From positions 250,838 to 314,837 of the IMG/VR virus record IMGVR_UViG_3300044712_000810: DNA of 64,000 bases. The stretch is one strand, 5' to 3'. The translations under genes were made by a program, and so were the position numbers. Of the stretch, positions 36,732 through 45,227 are shown piece by piece (position 1 is the stretch's first letter; each line of letters begins with the position of its first letter). The notes beneath the pieces are model-generated. The model saw nothing but the letters and a program-made list of their open reading frames with translations, was not told the origin of the DNA and did not search any database.

Positions 36732-37247
36732 ATGAAACGCATCTTACCGTTGCTGTTACTTGCAGTGTTTCTCGCATCTTGCGGAGATAATAAACCTCCC
36801 AACCCTGTTCAGATTGAACAAACATCATCTGATAACGTCGTCACAAAAAAGATTGTGGTGAACAAAAACTCACCACTATTCTACGACGTGAAACTCAGTG
36901 ATGGAACAACTCGTCGGTTCGCAGCGACTTTCAAAGATGTCGAAAGACTCTCTGATGGTCGGTCAGTTCCGATTGATGTTGCATGGCAGGTTGAAGTGGC
37001 GGAAAAAGAGATCCTCAAAAACCAACTTGAGGAAAATCAACCATCAGAAGAACCTGCATACAAATACAAGTCTCGTAATGTTGAACTGTACTATCAAGAA
37101 AAACTTGTAGCACAGTATACAACACATGCACCATTCTCAACGGATGGTTGGACGTATGTTGGTATTGTTGGAAAAAACAATATCAATCATCACATTTACA
37201 TCAACGGTGCATACCGAATGGTATTAACTTCTGATGAAAACGAATAA
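36732..37247 (+). CDS. putative lipoprotein
   Basis: MKRILPLLLLAVFLASC lipobox. Confidence 0.75.
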   Translation: MKRILPLLLLAVFLASCGDNKPPNPVQIEQTSSDNVVTKKIVVNKNSPLFYDVKLSDGTTRRFAATFKDVERLSDGRSVPIDVAWQVEVAEKEILKNQLEENQPSEEPAYKYKSRNVELYYQEKLVAQYTTHAPFSTDGWTYVGIVGKNNINHHIYINGAYRMVLTSDENE

Positions 37248-37782
37248 ACTATATTCCGTGGCATTGATCTGGTTTCTCTTCATGGGAGACTCGATTACCC
37301 TCGGTCTAAACAAAAAAGAAAATCGTGATCTATTGCCCCAAAACAGCGTCGTAAAGGCGATGAATGGAGCGACCACGAATTTCATGTTGATGTACGACGA
37401 GTACATCTGGAAACCAAAACAACTCAAACGCGTGATTCTCATGTTCGGTGTGAACGAGATTTCTGCGACTTCATACAATGAGAACTTCCTTGTTAACTAC
37501 GAGGCGGAACTCAAGTATATCCAGAAGTTTCGACCGGACGTTGAAGTTTACGTGATGAGCATATTACCAGTGCGATCTAAGAAGATCAACAATATACTGG
37601 TAAGTGAAGCGAACCAACGGTTACAACAACTTGTTGAATCGCAACACAACTCCAAGATCAAATTCATTAACTGTCATGACGCATTTGTGTCGCCTGATGG
37701 GAAGATGAATATGGCACTATCGACTGATGGTATACACCTAAATCGAAAAGGCTATGAGGTCTTGGCAACCTTTATACAATGA
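37234..37782 (+). CDS. SGNH/GDSL hydrolase
   Basis: GDSIT, G.N, DGIHLN..GY. Confidence 0.85.
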   Translation: MKTNKLYSVALIWFLFMGDSITLGLNKKENRDLLPQNSVVKAMNGATTNFMLMYDEYIWKPKQLKRVILMFGVNEISATSYNENFLVNYEAELKYIQKFRPDVEVYVMSILPVRSKKINNILVSEANQRLQQLVESQHNSKIKFINCHDAFVSPDGKMNMALSTDGIHLNRKGYEVLATFIQ

Positions 37783-37822
37783 ACATCCGGGAGGATGAAA
37801 TACTCCTCCCGGTTTTCTAATT

Positions 37823-37908
37823 GCGATAGTGTCCCGAGCGGCAAAGGGGGAAGACTGTAAATCTTCTGTCATTCGACTTCGGTGGTTCGAGTCCATCCTA
37901 TCGCACCA
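37823..37908 (+). tRNA. tRNA-Tyr(GTA)
   Basis: Cloverleaf with V arm. Confidence 0.95.
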
Positions 37909-37929
37909 TTTTTAACTTTTTATTATTGT

Positions 37930-38024
37930 GCTCCAGTAGCTCAATTGGCAGAGCATCCGGCTTATACCCGGCTTAGCGGCTGATTACCGTAAGGTTGTGG
38001 GTTCGATTCCTACCTGGAGTACCA
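37930..38024 (+). tRNA. tRNA with TAT anticodon (Ile-UAU) and long variable arm
   Basis: CCGG-CT TAT AC-CCGG; ~24-nt variable region with GCGG/CCGT stem. Confidence 0.85.
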
Positions 38025-38051
38025 TTTTTTAACTTTTCTTTGGAGGCTTCT

Positions 38052-38234
38052 GTGAGTATCGAAATTTGTATGAGTGTTAAGAAAGCAAAGAAAATTATCG
38101 ATGCGATTGATAAATACGAAGAAACACTCCCAAAACTTGAAATTCAAGATGGTAATTTACAATCAGATACTTATGGAATTTTATCTACATTAGATGAACT
38201 TCGTAATATGATAGTAGAGGAAATGGATGAGTGA
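38052..38234 (+). CDS. small acidic protein
   Basis: GGAGG SD, GTG start. Confidence 0.6.
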   Translation: MSIEICMSVKKAKKIIDAIDKYEETLPKLEIQDGNLQSDTYGILSTLDELRNMIVEEMDE

Positions 38235-38409
38235 TATAACTGTTGGTTTATATAATGATGAAGTAGAAGATTTTATTGAAGCTATTGTTGATTTAAAACA
38301 TTTAGCAGAACAAACATCTATTGAAACGATTAATGAAAAACAAAGATTACATAATATTATTACACGCATTGAAGTAGTTCAAGGACATATCCTTGATGAA
38401 TATGTATAG
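38227..38409 (+). CDS. small acidic protein
   Basis: Coupled ORF. Confidence 0.6.
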   Translation: MSDITVGLYNDEVEDFIEAIVDLKHLAEQTSIETINEKQRLHNIITRIEVVQGHILDEYV

Positions 38410-38578
38410 GAGAAATAAATATGGCCGATGATACTTTTGATTTTATAGTTAAAAAGATCGAACAAGTAACCGATACTGTGTCCGAAGTGGCATCAGTTGA
38501 AAGTAAAATAACGGCTAAAAAGGAAGAGTTTAAGAAACTCATTGAAGAAGTTCTAACAGAGAAGGGAGTAATTTAGAA

Positions 38579-39199
38579 ATGCGTGATGATCTGACTGAAA
38601 TCGTATTTATTGTTGATCGTTCCGGTTCAATGGGCATGATTCGTAATGACGTAATCGGTGGATTCAACACATTTATCAAGGATCAAAAAGCTGTTCCTGG
38701 TAATGCAAATGTTAGTTTAATTCAATTCGATGATAAATACGAAGTCAATTATTTGACAAAAGATATTAATCAGGTTGAAGATCTGAATGCTGCTACTTAT
38801 CAGCCTCGTGGAATGACTGCTCTTAATGATGCAATCGGCAAGACTATCATCAGTGTTGGTGATAAACTTGCAAAGATATCTGAGACTGATCGTCCTGGAA
38901 AGGTCGTATTTGTTATCATGACCGATGGACATGAAAATAACAGCAAAGAATATGTTGGTGCCGCAGGTACTGAACAGATTAAAAAGATGATCACACATCA
39001 AAAAGAAAAATATAATTGGGAATTCTTGTTCATCGGCGGAGATCTGGATGTACAGGCAATGGCCCAAACTTATAACTTTGATACAAACAAGGTCCTTTGT
39101 TTTGATAAATCAGCCAAAGGAACTGAAACCATGTACGCCACACTGTCTGCTTCAATCAGCAACTATCGTGGTGGCGCAAAGCTTTCATTCGAAAAATAA
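38579..39199 (+). CDS. vWA domain protein
   Basis: MIDAS DRSGSM, TALNDAIG, TDGHEN. Confidence 0.9.
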   Translation: MRDDLTEIVFIVDRSGSMGMIRNDVIGGFNTFIKDQKAVPGNANVSLIQFDDKYEVNYLTKDINQVEDLNAATYQPRGMTALNDAIGKTIISVGDKLAKISETDRPGKVVFVIMTDGHENNSKEYVGAAGTEQIKKMITHQKEKYNWEFLFIGGDLDVQAMAQTYNFDTNKVLCFDKSAKGTETMYATLSASISNYRGGAKLSFEK

Positions 39200-39210
39200 A
39201 GGAGACCACT

Positions 39211-39264
39211 ATGTGGTAGGTGAAAACTAGTCCACCGTAGGGTAATTCTAGAAGTCCTCCTTAA
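39211..39264 (+). other. amber-containing micro-ORF / leader peptide MW*VKTSPP*GNSRSPP
   Basis: AAGGAG SD 6 nt before ATG; in-frame TAG at 39217 and 39238; TAA at 39262. Confidence 0.55.
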
Positions 39265-39317
39265 TCTAATTGTTGGTTGGTGCAATGCCATCTTAACTTT
39301 TAGACAGGAGAACTACA

Positions 39318-39662
39318 ATGTTTGGTCTTTACGATCTTAAGAATCATCAAATTCGTTTGGCAAAGGCTATTAAAAATAGTAACAACAATAAAATTGGTTA
39401 TTCTGAATTTCAATCAGAACTTGAAGGTTGTAGAAAAATCTACGGCGATAAAGCTTTAAAAAGAGCTTATTATGATGCCAGTTATGAATTCAGACATCAT
39501 CATATCGCATATTGTGAACTTCGCGGCAAAACTCGTGAAATGATTGAAATTCCAGCAGATAATCATTTACCAAACGAAGACTATATTAAGGAAATCAAAA
39601 AATTTTGGCAGGAGAAGATCGATGAAGCTTTACGTGCTCGTCAGGAAAGATCTAACTCCTAG
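39318..39662 (+). CDS. hypothetical protein
   Basis: AGGAG SD; FRHHHIAYCELRGK..E.IE. Confidence 0.75.
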   Translation: MFGLYDLKNHQIRLAKAIKNSNNNKIGYSEFQSELEGCRKIYGDKALKRAYYDASYEFRHHHIAYCELRGKTREMIEIPADNHLPNEDYIKEIKKFWQEKIDEALRARQERSNS

Positions 39663-39909
39663 TCAACAAGCGGTGCAGGCAGGTCATGCAGTCGCTGAAT
39701 ATTTAATTAAAAATACAAACCAATGGACAAACGAAACACTCGTTTATCTTGGAGTTCAAAACTTAGAAGAATTGCATAAGTGGATGCAGAAACTAGATTC
39801 AAAAAACATTGAATACACACAATTCAATGAACCAGATTTAGAAAATCAAGCAACTGCAATCGCTATTTGCAATAACGATAAGGAATTCAAAAAACTAAAA
39901 CTAATTTAA
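39622..39909 (+). CDS. short Pth2-like peptidyl-tRNA hydrolase
   Basis: KLYVLVRKDL...QQAVQAGHA, EPDL..Q.TAIA, LKLI. Confidence 0.75.
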   Translation: MKLYVLVRKDLTPSQQAVQAGHAVAEYLIKNTNQWTNETLVYLGVQNLEELHKWMQKLDSKNIEYTQFNEPDLENQATAIAICNNDKEFKKLKLI

Positions 39910-39984
39910 CTCTGTATAGCTCAGTGGCAGAGCTGGGAACTCTAAATTCCCCGGTCGCGAGTTCGAGTCTCGCTACAGAGGCCA
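39910..39984 (+). tRNA. amber suppressor tRNA (CTA anticodon)
   Basis: Perfect cloverleaf: CTCTGTA/TACAGAG, GGGAA-CT CTA AA-TTCCC, TTCGAGT T loop, G73-CCA. Confidence 0.92.
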
Positions 39985-39988
39985 ATAT

Positions 39989-40253
39989 TAAGTACAACTC
40001 TCCGTAAACCGCTAACATTCAACATCATAGATATTTATTGAAGAATGAAAATATACTTTTATGAAAGTATATTATATTTCTATGATGATCACACGATGAC
40101 AAAATTGAATGTATATGTTTACAAGAGGTCAGGGTAACGAGGCTTTGTTGACAGCCAAAGGCCACGGCTCGAGAAGCTAAGTGTCGACAGTTTATATAAC
40201 TTAGAATTATATTAAAATTTGTCGACGGTTGGTTCGAATCCAACGTGTACTTA
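39989..40253 (+). ncRNA. 265-nt structured RNA with tRNA-like 3' T arm
   Basis: TAAGTACA/TGTACTTA closing stem, GTTGG-TTCGAAT-CCAAC, several nested helices, followed by a terminator. Confidence 0.6.
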
Positions 40254-40258
40254 CAACA

Positions 40259-40282
40259 CGGGATGGTGTAAAAACCATCCCG
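40259..40282 (+). terminator. intrinsic terminator
   Basis: CGGGATGGT-GTAAAA-ACCATCCCG followed by a T tract. Confidence 0.7.
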
Positions 40283-40300
40283 AATTTTTATTATTTCTCT

Positions 40301-40314
40301 TTTCATATAGAAAT
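40301..40314 (+). promoter_or_regulatory. recurrent promoter-like motif
   Basis: TTTCATATAGAAAT. Confidence 0.7.
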
Positions 40315-40353
40315 AATACGAATACAAAACCTCATATGACGGAGGTATCAAAG

Positions 40354-40764
40354 ATGACAGAATTTACTGTCAAGAAAAAAATGAACATTATGTTCGATTT
40401 ACATGGGGTAATCGGTGAATATCCCGATCTTTTTAAACCTTTTATGAAATCCTTACGGATTCTTGATCATAAAGTATTTGTTTGTAGTGGTCCAACACTT
40501 CCAAAAATCAAACAAGAACTTGAAGATTTAGGATATCGCAGAGGATGGCATTACGATGAAGTTATTTCCGTAGTCGACTATCTCGTTGCAAATGGCACAG
40601 AATTCGAATACGATGAAAAAGGCGATCCTTGGACTGACGATGAAACATGGTTTAAGTCTAAAGGCGAAATCGCTAAATTAAACAACATTCATATTATGAT
40701 TGATGATTCTGAAAAGTACAAACAATTCGTGGACAAGGAAACATTATTTTTCCTAGTTAAATAA
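40354..40764 (+). CDS. HAD-superfamily-like protein
   Basis: MFDLHGVI, CSG, K, IDDS. Confidence 0.65.
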   Translation: MTEFTVKKKMNIMFDLHGVIGEYPDLFKPFMKSLRILDHKVFVCSGPTLPKIKQELEDLGYRRGWHYDEVISVVDYLVANGTEFEYDEKGDPWTDDETWFKSKGEIAKLNNIHIMIDDSEKYKQFVDKETLFFLVK

Positions 40765-40838
40765 CGTGTTATATATGCCAAGTTAGAGGTTTACATAATC
40801 TCTAATGAAACATATGTGACCAAACAAAGGAGTTTGAC

Positions 40839-42260
40839 ATGTTATGTCAAGACAACATTTTGGTTAATACTGATTCGTATAAATCTTCTCACTTCCTCCA
40901 ATACCCTCCTGGTACTGAGGTGGTGAGCAGTTATATCGAGTCACGTAACGCTGGCAGATGGCCTCGCACCATCTTTTTCGGTCTTCAGATGTTCATCAAA
41001 GAATATCTGCTCAGACCATTTACTCTTGCGGATATTGAATTCGCCAAAGATTTCTGGGAAATGCATGGCGAACCTTTCAATTTCGATGGTGCAAAATACA
41101 TCTATGATCAATATGGCGGATACCTTCCGGTCACCATTCAGGCGGTCAAGGAAGGAACAAATATTGAAACCAGTAACGTCCTTGTGCAACTGAGAAACAA
41201 TGGTGGTGAAAAAACCTCATGGATTACCAACTTCCTTGAAACTTCATTGCTTCGTGGTGTTTGGTATCCAACTTCAATTGCAACTCTCAGTTTCATGTGT
41301 AAGAAGATCATTTACAATGCTCTTCAACTCACAGCTGACAATCCTGATGCTGAAATTCTGTTTAAACTTCATGATTTCGGTTTCCGTGGAGTCTCTTCGT
41401 GGGAATCTGCCGCTATCGGCGGTTGTGCCCACTTGGTGAACTTCATGGGTTCTGATACAGTAGCAGGCGTTTTGGCAGCACGCAATTACTACAATGAAAA
41501 AATGGCTGGATTTAGCATTCCTGCATCTGAGCACAGCACGATTACATCGTGGGGTCCAGGTATGGAAGCAGAAGCATTCTTGAACATGATCAATCGTTTC
41601 GGAGGCAAAGGCAAGCTTTACGCTTGTGTGTCCGATTCGTATGATATTTGGAATGCCGTCGAAAACATCTGGCCATCTCTGAAAGACGCAATCATCGAGA
41701 AGGGCGGAACTCTTGTAGTTCGTCCCGATAGTGGAAATCCTGTAGCAGTTGTTGCAGGTGTCATTGAAAGACTTATGTCGAAGTTTGGATGGACTGAAAA
41801 CTCGAAAGGTTATCGTGTCCTTCCTGAATACATTCGCGTTATTCAAGGCGATGGAATCGATGAAGAATCAATTCGTGATATCTTACAAGAATTGCAATTC
41901 AGAAAGATCAGTGCATCAAACGTTGCTTTTGGCATGGGTGGTGCGCTTCTTCAACATCTGAATCGTGATACCCTTAGATTTGCAATGAAATGCAATAGCA
42001 TTAAGCGCAACGGTTCTTGGCAGGACGTAAGCAAAAATCCAGTAACGGATTCCGGAAAGGTATCTAAGGCAGGTCGTCTTGCCCTTATAAAAATCGATCC
42101 TGAAAAGGAAGGTCGCAGAGGCGAACCATACTTCAAGACCATCCGTGAGGATGAACTTGGAGATCGTGAAAATTGTCTCGAGACAGTTTTTGAAAATGGT
42201 GAACTGATGCGTGAACAGTCATTCTCTGAAATTCGTGAACTCGCAGCATCGAGTTTGTAA
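40839..42260 (+). CDS. nadV: nicotinamide phosphoribosyltransferase (Nampt)
   Basis: TDSYKSSH..QYP, KLHDFGFRG, SIPASEHS, VSDSYD, RPDSG, FGMGG. Confidence 0.95.
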   Translation: MLCQDNILVNTDSYKSSHFLQYPPGTEVVSSYIESRNAGRWPRTIFFGLQMFIKEYLLRPFTLADIEFAKDFWEMHGEPFNFDGAKYIYDQYGGYLPVTIQAVKEGTNIETSNVLVQLRNNGGEKTSWITNFLETSLLRGVWYPTSIATLSFMCKKIIYNALQLTADNPDAEILFKLHDFGFRGVSSWESAAIGGCAHLVNFMGSDTVAGVLAARNYYNEKMAGFSIPASEHSTITSWGPGMEAEAFLNMINRFGGKGKLYACVSDSYDIWNAVENIWPSLKDAIIEKGGTLVVRPDSGNPVAVVAGVIERLMSKFGWTENSKGYRVLPEYIRVIQGDGIDEESIRDILQELQFRKISASNVAFGMGGALLQHLNRDTLRFAMKCNSIKRNGSWQDVSKNPVTDSGKVSKAGRLALIKIDPEKEGRRGEPYFKTIREDELGDRENCLETVFENGELMREQSFSEIRELAASSL

Positions 42261-42261
42261 A

Positions 42262-42789
42262 ATGACAACTATACCAAGAGCTGGTGTATATATTGGACGT
42301 TTCTGTCCATTGCACCATGGACACATGAAAATAATCGATGAAATGATTAAACATCATGGAATTGATAAGTGTCTGATTCTTATCGGCAGTTGCAATGCCG
42401 ACATATCATTCAGAGTATTATTCAAACATAGTGATAGACGTCGTTGGATAAAAAGAATATATCCAGATCTTAAACAATTAGGATTGCCCGATTATCCCAA
42501 CGATGATACAGCATGGCTTACACAAGTAGAAGATATTGTATCTCTTGTATTTGGCAAAGAATGTGAACCTACGTTCTATGGCGGATGTCAAGAAGATATT
42601 GAAATCTTTTATGATGCAGGTCATCATGTAAAAATTATTGATAGAATGGAATATCCGGTAAGCGCAACAAATGTTAGACAATTACTATTAATGAATGAAG
42701 ATATTAATACGTTAGTCGACACTCGTATTTCGAGTGAAGTTATCGATGTATTTCGAAAACGTATGAAAGAACTTGACAAACTACGTTAA
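42262..42789 (+). CDS. NMN adenylyltransferase-like nucleotidyltransferase
   Basis: GRFCPLHHGH (HxGH), SATNVR; adjacent to nadV. Confidence 0.85.
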   Translation: MTTIPRAGVYIGRFCPLHHGHMKIIDEMIKHHGIDKCLILIGSCNADISFRVLFKHSDRRRWIKRIYPDLKQLGLPDYPNDDTAWLTQVEDIVSLVFGKECEPTFYGGCQEDIEIFYDAGHHVKIIDRMEYPVSATNVRQLLLMNEDINTLVDTRISSEVIDVFRKRMKELDKLR

Positions 42790-42842
42790 CCCAATGAGGA
42801 GGGGTACTATACCCCTCCTTTTTAACTACAACCGGAGATACC

Positions 42843-44522
42843 ATGTCTGAAGTGAAGAAGGCTGAAATCGGAAAGAAGCAGCATCTGCGTGACTCCAAGA
42901 AAGTCGAACGCCTGAAGAACGTTCAGTTCGAGTACCATCGTGGTGATCCCTGCATCATCTTCAAGACCCATGGCGAACCTCAGAAGGTAATGAACTTTGC
43001 TCACTTTCTGAACGGCCACGACGAGATTCGTCTCGACGGCATGGGCGAACGCATTCGCGTTCGTTGCACCGAACAGAACTTTGCAGAGATTCTCGACGAG
43101 ATCGCCACATGGGATGATGCAACAAAATATTCGGACTATTTCGATCAACTCAAGGTCGAACGCACTTCTTTCCAGGAGCGCGTTGAAAAAATCCTAACCC
43201 ACATCAGAAATCGTGGGCAGATTCAATTCGAGGATATCAATATCCTCCTGAAGAAGGATGTAAAAGTCCTTCTCAAGACTGGATTCGATACGGTCGAAGG
43301 CGGTGTCGTCGTCGATCTGTATCGCCAGACCTCATTCATGGGAGGCCAGTATTGGACCATCCGCGTCAATCAGATTGAATACGATGGCGGAAAATACCAT
43401 GAACAGACTCATCATTATTCCATTCACGAATACAATGGATACATGAATATCACGGATCTTCCGGTCCGTCCCGTCAATGACGAAGAAATGATCTCACTTG
43501 AAGAGCGTGGCAAAAAGTTCATGACTTATGCCAACAATGCATCCTACGTTTATTGCGAAGGATACATGTATCGCAAAAGCTGGCTTGGCATCAACAAATG
43601 GAACTCCGAAGGGCGTGTCATGATTGACAACGAATCCTTCGGAAAATTCGATTCGAACTACGGTCGTGGATATCGCGATGATGAACACGGCACCGAAGTC
43701 TCCAAAGACATGATTTTCGCTCTTCCTTCCACTGTGAAGGGATACTCGATGAGAATCAAGTATTGGGGCGAATTCCGCGTCGATGACCTTCGTCCTATCG
43801 AATTCCGCGAGAATGCTTTCGATCTTCTCGTTATGGACAACACCAAAAAGAAACTGGTGCGCGCTCTTGTCGAGAACAAGGCCACTTTCCGCGATCTGAT
43901 CTCCGGAAAGGGCGGCGGCACCATCTTCCTGCTCTACGGTCCTCCGGGAACCGGTAAGACCCTGACCGCAGAAACCGTTTCGGAATTCCTGAAGCGTCCT
44001 CTGTACATGGTCAGCGTCGGTGAGCTCGGAACCACCGCAAATGAACTGGAAGCTCGTCTTCGCGACATTCTGGAACTCGCTACCACCTGGAACGCGATTC
44101 TCCTGATCGACGAAGCTGATATCTTCCTGGAGAAGAGAACCACAAACAACATCGAACGCAACGCCATGGTCGGCATCTTCCTGCGCCTGCTGGAATACTA
44201 CTCCGGCGTTCTGTTCATGACCACCAACCGTGCGGAAACTCTCGATGAGGCATTCCTTTCGAGAATCTCCCTCGCCATGCACTATGACAAGCATGACGAA
44301 AAGACCCGCATGAAGATCTGGATTTCCCTGCTGTCCGAACAGGGCATCAAGCTGGATTCCCAGGATCTTGAAAAACTGGCCGTTTACGAACTGAACGGTC
44401 GTCAAATCAAAAACATGATCAAAATGGCCATGACTCTCGTCGCAAGCGACGGCGGTCGTGTTACCATCGAGGTGATCGAAGAGATCATCAAACATCAAAA
44501 GCTCGAAACCAAAAAGAGCTAA
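42843..44522 (+). CDS. AAA+ ATPase
   Basis: GPPGTGKT, LLIDEAD, FLRLLEYYSG, TTNR, NGRQIKN. Confidence 0.92.
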   Translation: MSEVKKAEIGKKQHLRDSKKVERLKNVQFEYHRGDPCIIFKTHGEPQKVMNFAHFLNGHDEIRLDGMGERIRVRCTEQNFAEILDEIATWDDATKYSDYFDQLKVERTSFQERVEKILTHIRNRGQIQFEDINILLKKDVKVLLKTGFDTVEGGVVVDLYRQTSFMGGQYWTIRVNQIEYDGGKYHEQTHHYSIHEYNGYMNITDLPVRPVNDEEMISLEERGKKFMTYANNASYVYCEGYMYRKSWLGINKWNSEGRVMIDNESFGKFDSNYGRGYRDDEHGTEVSKDMIFALPSTVKGYSMRIKYWGEFRVDDLRPIEFRENAFDLLVMDNTKKKLVRALVENKATFRDLISGKGGGTIFLLYGPPGTGKTLTAETVSEFLKRPLYMVSVGELGTTANELEARLRDILELATTWNAILLIDEADIFLEKRTTNNIERNAMVGIFLRLLEYYSGVLFMTTNRAETLDEAFLSRISLAMHYDKHDEKTRMKIWISLLSEQGIKLDSQDLEKLAVYELNGRQIKNMIKMAMTLVASDGGRVTIEVIEEIIKHQKLETKKS

Positions 44523-44527
44523 ACAAC

Positions 44528-44545
44528 AGGGGCCGAAAGGCCCCT
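44528..44545 (+). terminator. intrinsic terminator
   Basis: AGGGGCC-GAAA-GGCCCCT. Confidence 0.75.
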
Positions 44546-44567
44546 TATTTATTTTTATTTTCTAAAT

Positions 44568-44581
44568 ATACATATAGAAAT
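44568..44581 (+). promoter_or_regulatory. recurrent promoter-like motif
   Basis: ATACATATAGAAAT before the tRNA. Confidence 0.6.
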
Positions 44582-44592
44582 ATAGTTAATGC

Positions 44593-44668
44593 GCGCCTGT
44601 ACCTCAATTGGCAGAGGACCCGGCTCATAACCGGAGCGTTCGGGGTTCGAGTCCCTGCAGGCGCACCA
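44593..44668 (+). tRNA. tRNA with CAT anticodon (Met or Ile2)
   Basis: Cloverleaf, CT CAT AA. Confidence 0.9.
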
Positions 44669-44689
44669 AACTTTAACAAGGAGACTGTC

Positions 44690-44995
44690 GTGGAGCAATC
44701 GCCTTTTATCTTCCTTGCCATCGGTGCAGTAATCGCACTGGCAATCGGCATAATCGAGTCGAACCTGCAGAAGTATCGCGGATACGTTTCTCAGGAAATT
44801 CGGGAAAACTGCAAGAAAGAAGGCAGATCTGCCCCCGACCTGTCTCATGATTGGCCTGCACTCCAAAAGGCTGAAGCCGAACGGTGCATGACAATCGCAA
44901 CAGACGCCAAGAAGAAGGGTCCCTGGGTGAGAACCTGGGAGCGTGACCACGAGAATGGCGGTTGGAAGAAGGCCACGGTCGCGAAAGCGGCTTAA
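44690..44995 (+). CDS. membrane-anchored hypothetical protein
   Basis: AAGGAG SD, GTG start, N-terminal TM segment. Confidence 0.65.
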   Translation: MEQSPFIFLAIGAVIALAIGIIESNLQKYRGYVSQEIRENCKKEGRSAPDLSHDWPALQKAEAERCMTIATDAKKKGPWVRTWERDHENGGWKKATVAKAA

Positions 44996-45227
44996 CCTAA
45001 AAGGCGGGGGACAGGATGTTCCCCGCTGAATTATTTTTACTTGGAGAAATATGTCACAATCAACTGAAGAACTTGTAAATATAGCACATTATCATACAAT
45101 GAAAGCAAGAATGCATGAACTAACTGCATATTCATATTTAATTCCTGAAAAATTCATTGATGAGATGATTGACGAATTAGAAAATATAAAAATAAACTTA
45201 CTTAAACGCAAAATTGAGGACCTTTAA

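Noticed and set aside
39910-39984. tRNA-Pyl
   Set aside because: It has a canonical 5-bp anticodon stem, GG D loop and TTC T loop, unlike tRNA-Pyl; no pyl genes are seen.
39989-40253. tmRNA or intron-split tRNA
   Set aside because: No Ala acceptor (G3-U70, CCA), no evident tag ORF, and no D or anticodon arm next to the 5' strand.
43494-44498. 334-aa antisense ORF
   Set aside because: Mirror of the GC3-biased AAA gene; stop-poor antisense frames are expected there and no motifs are evident.
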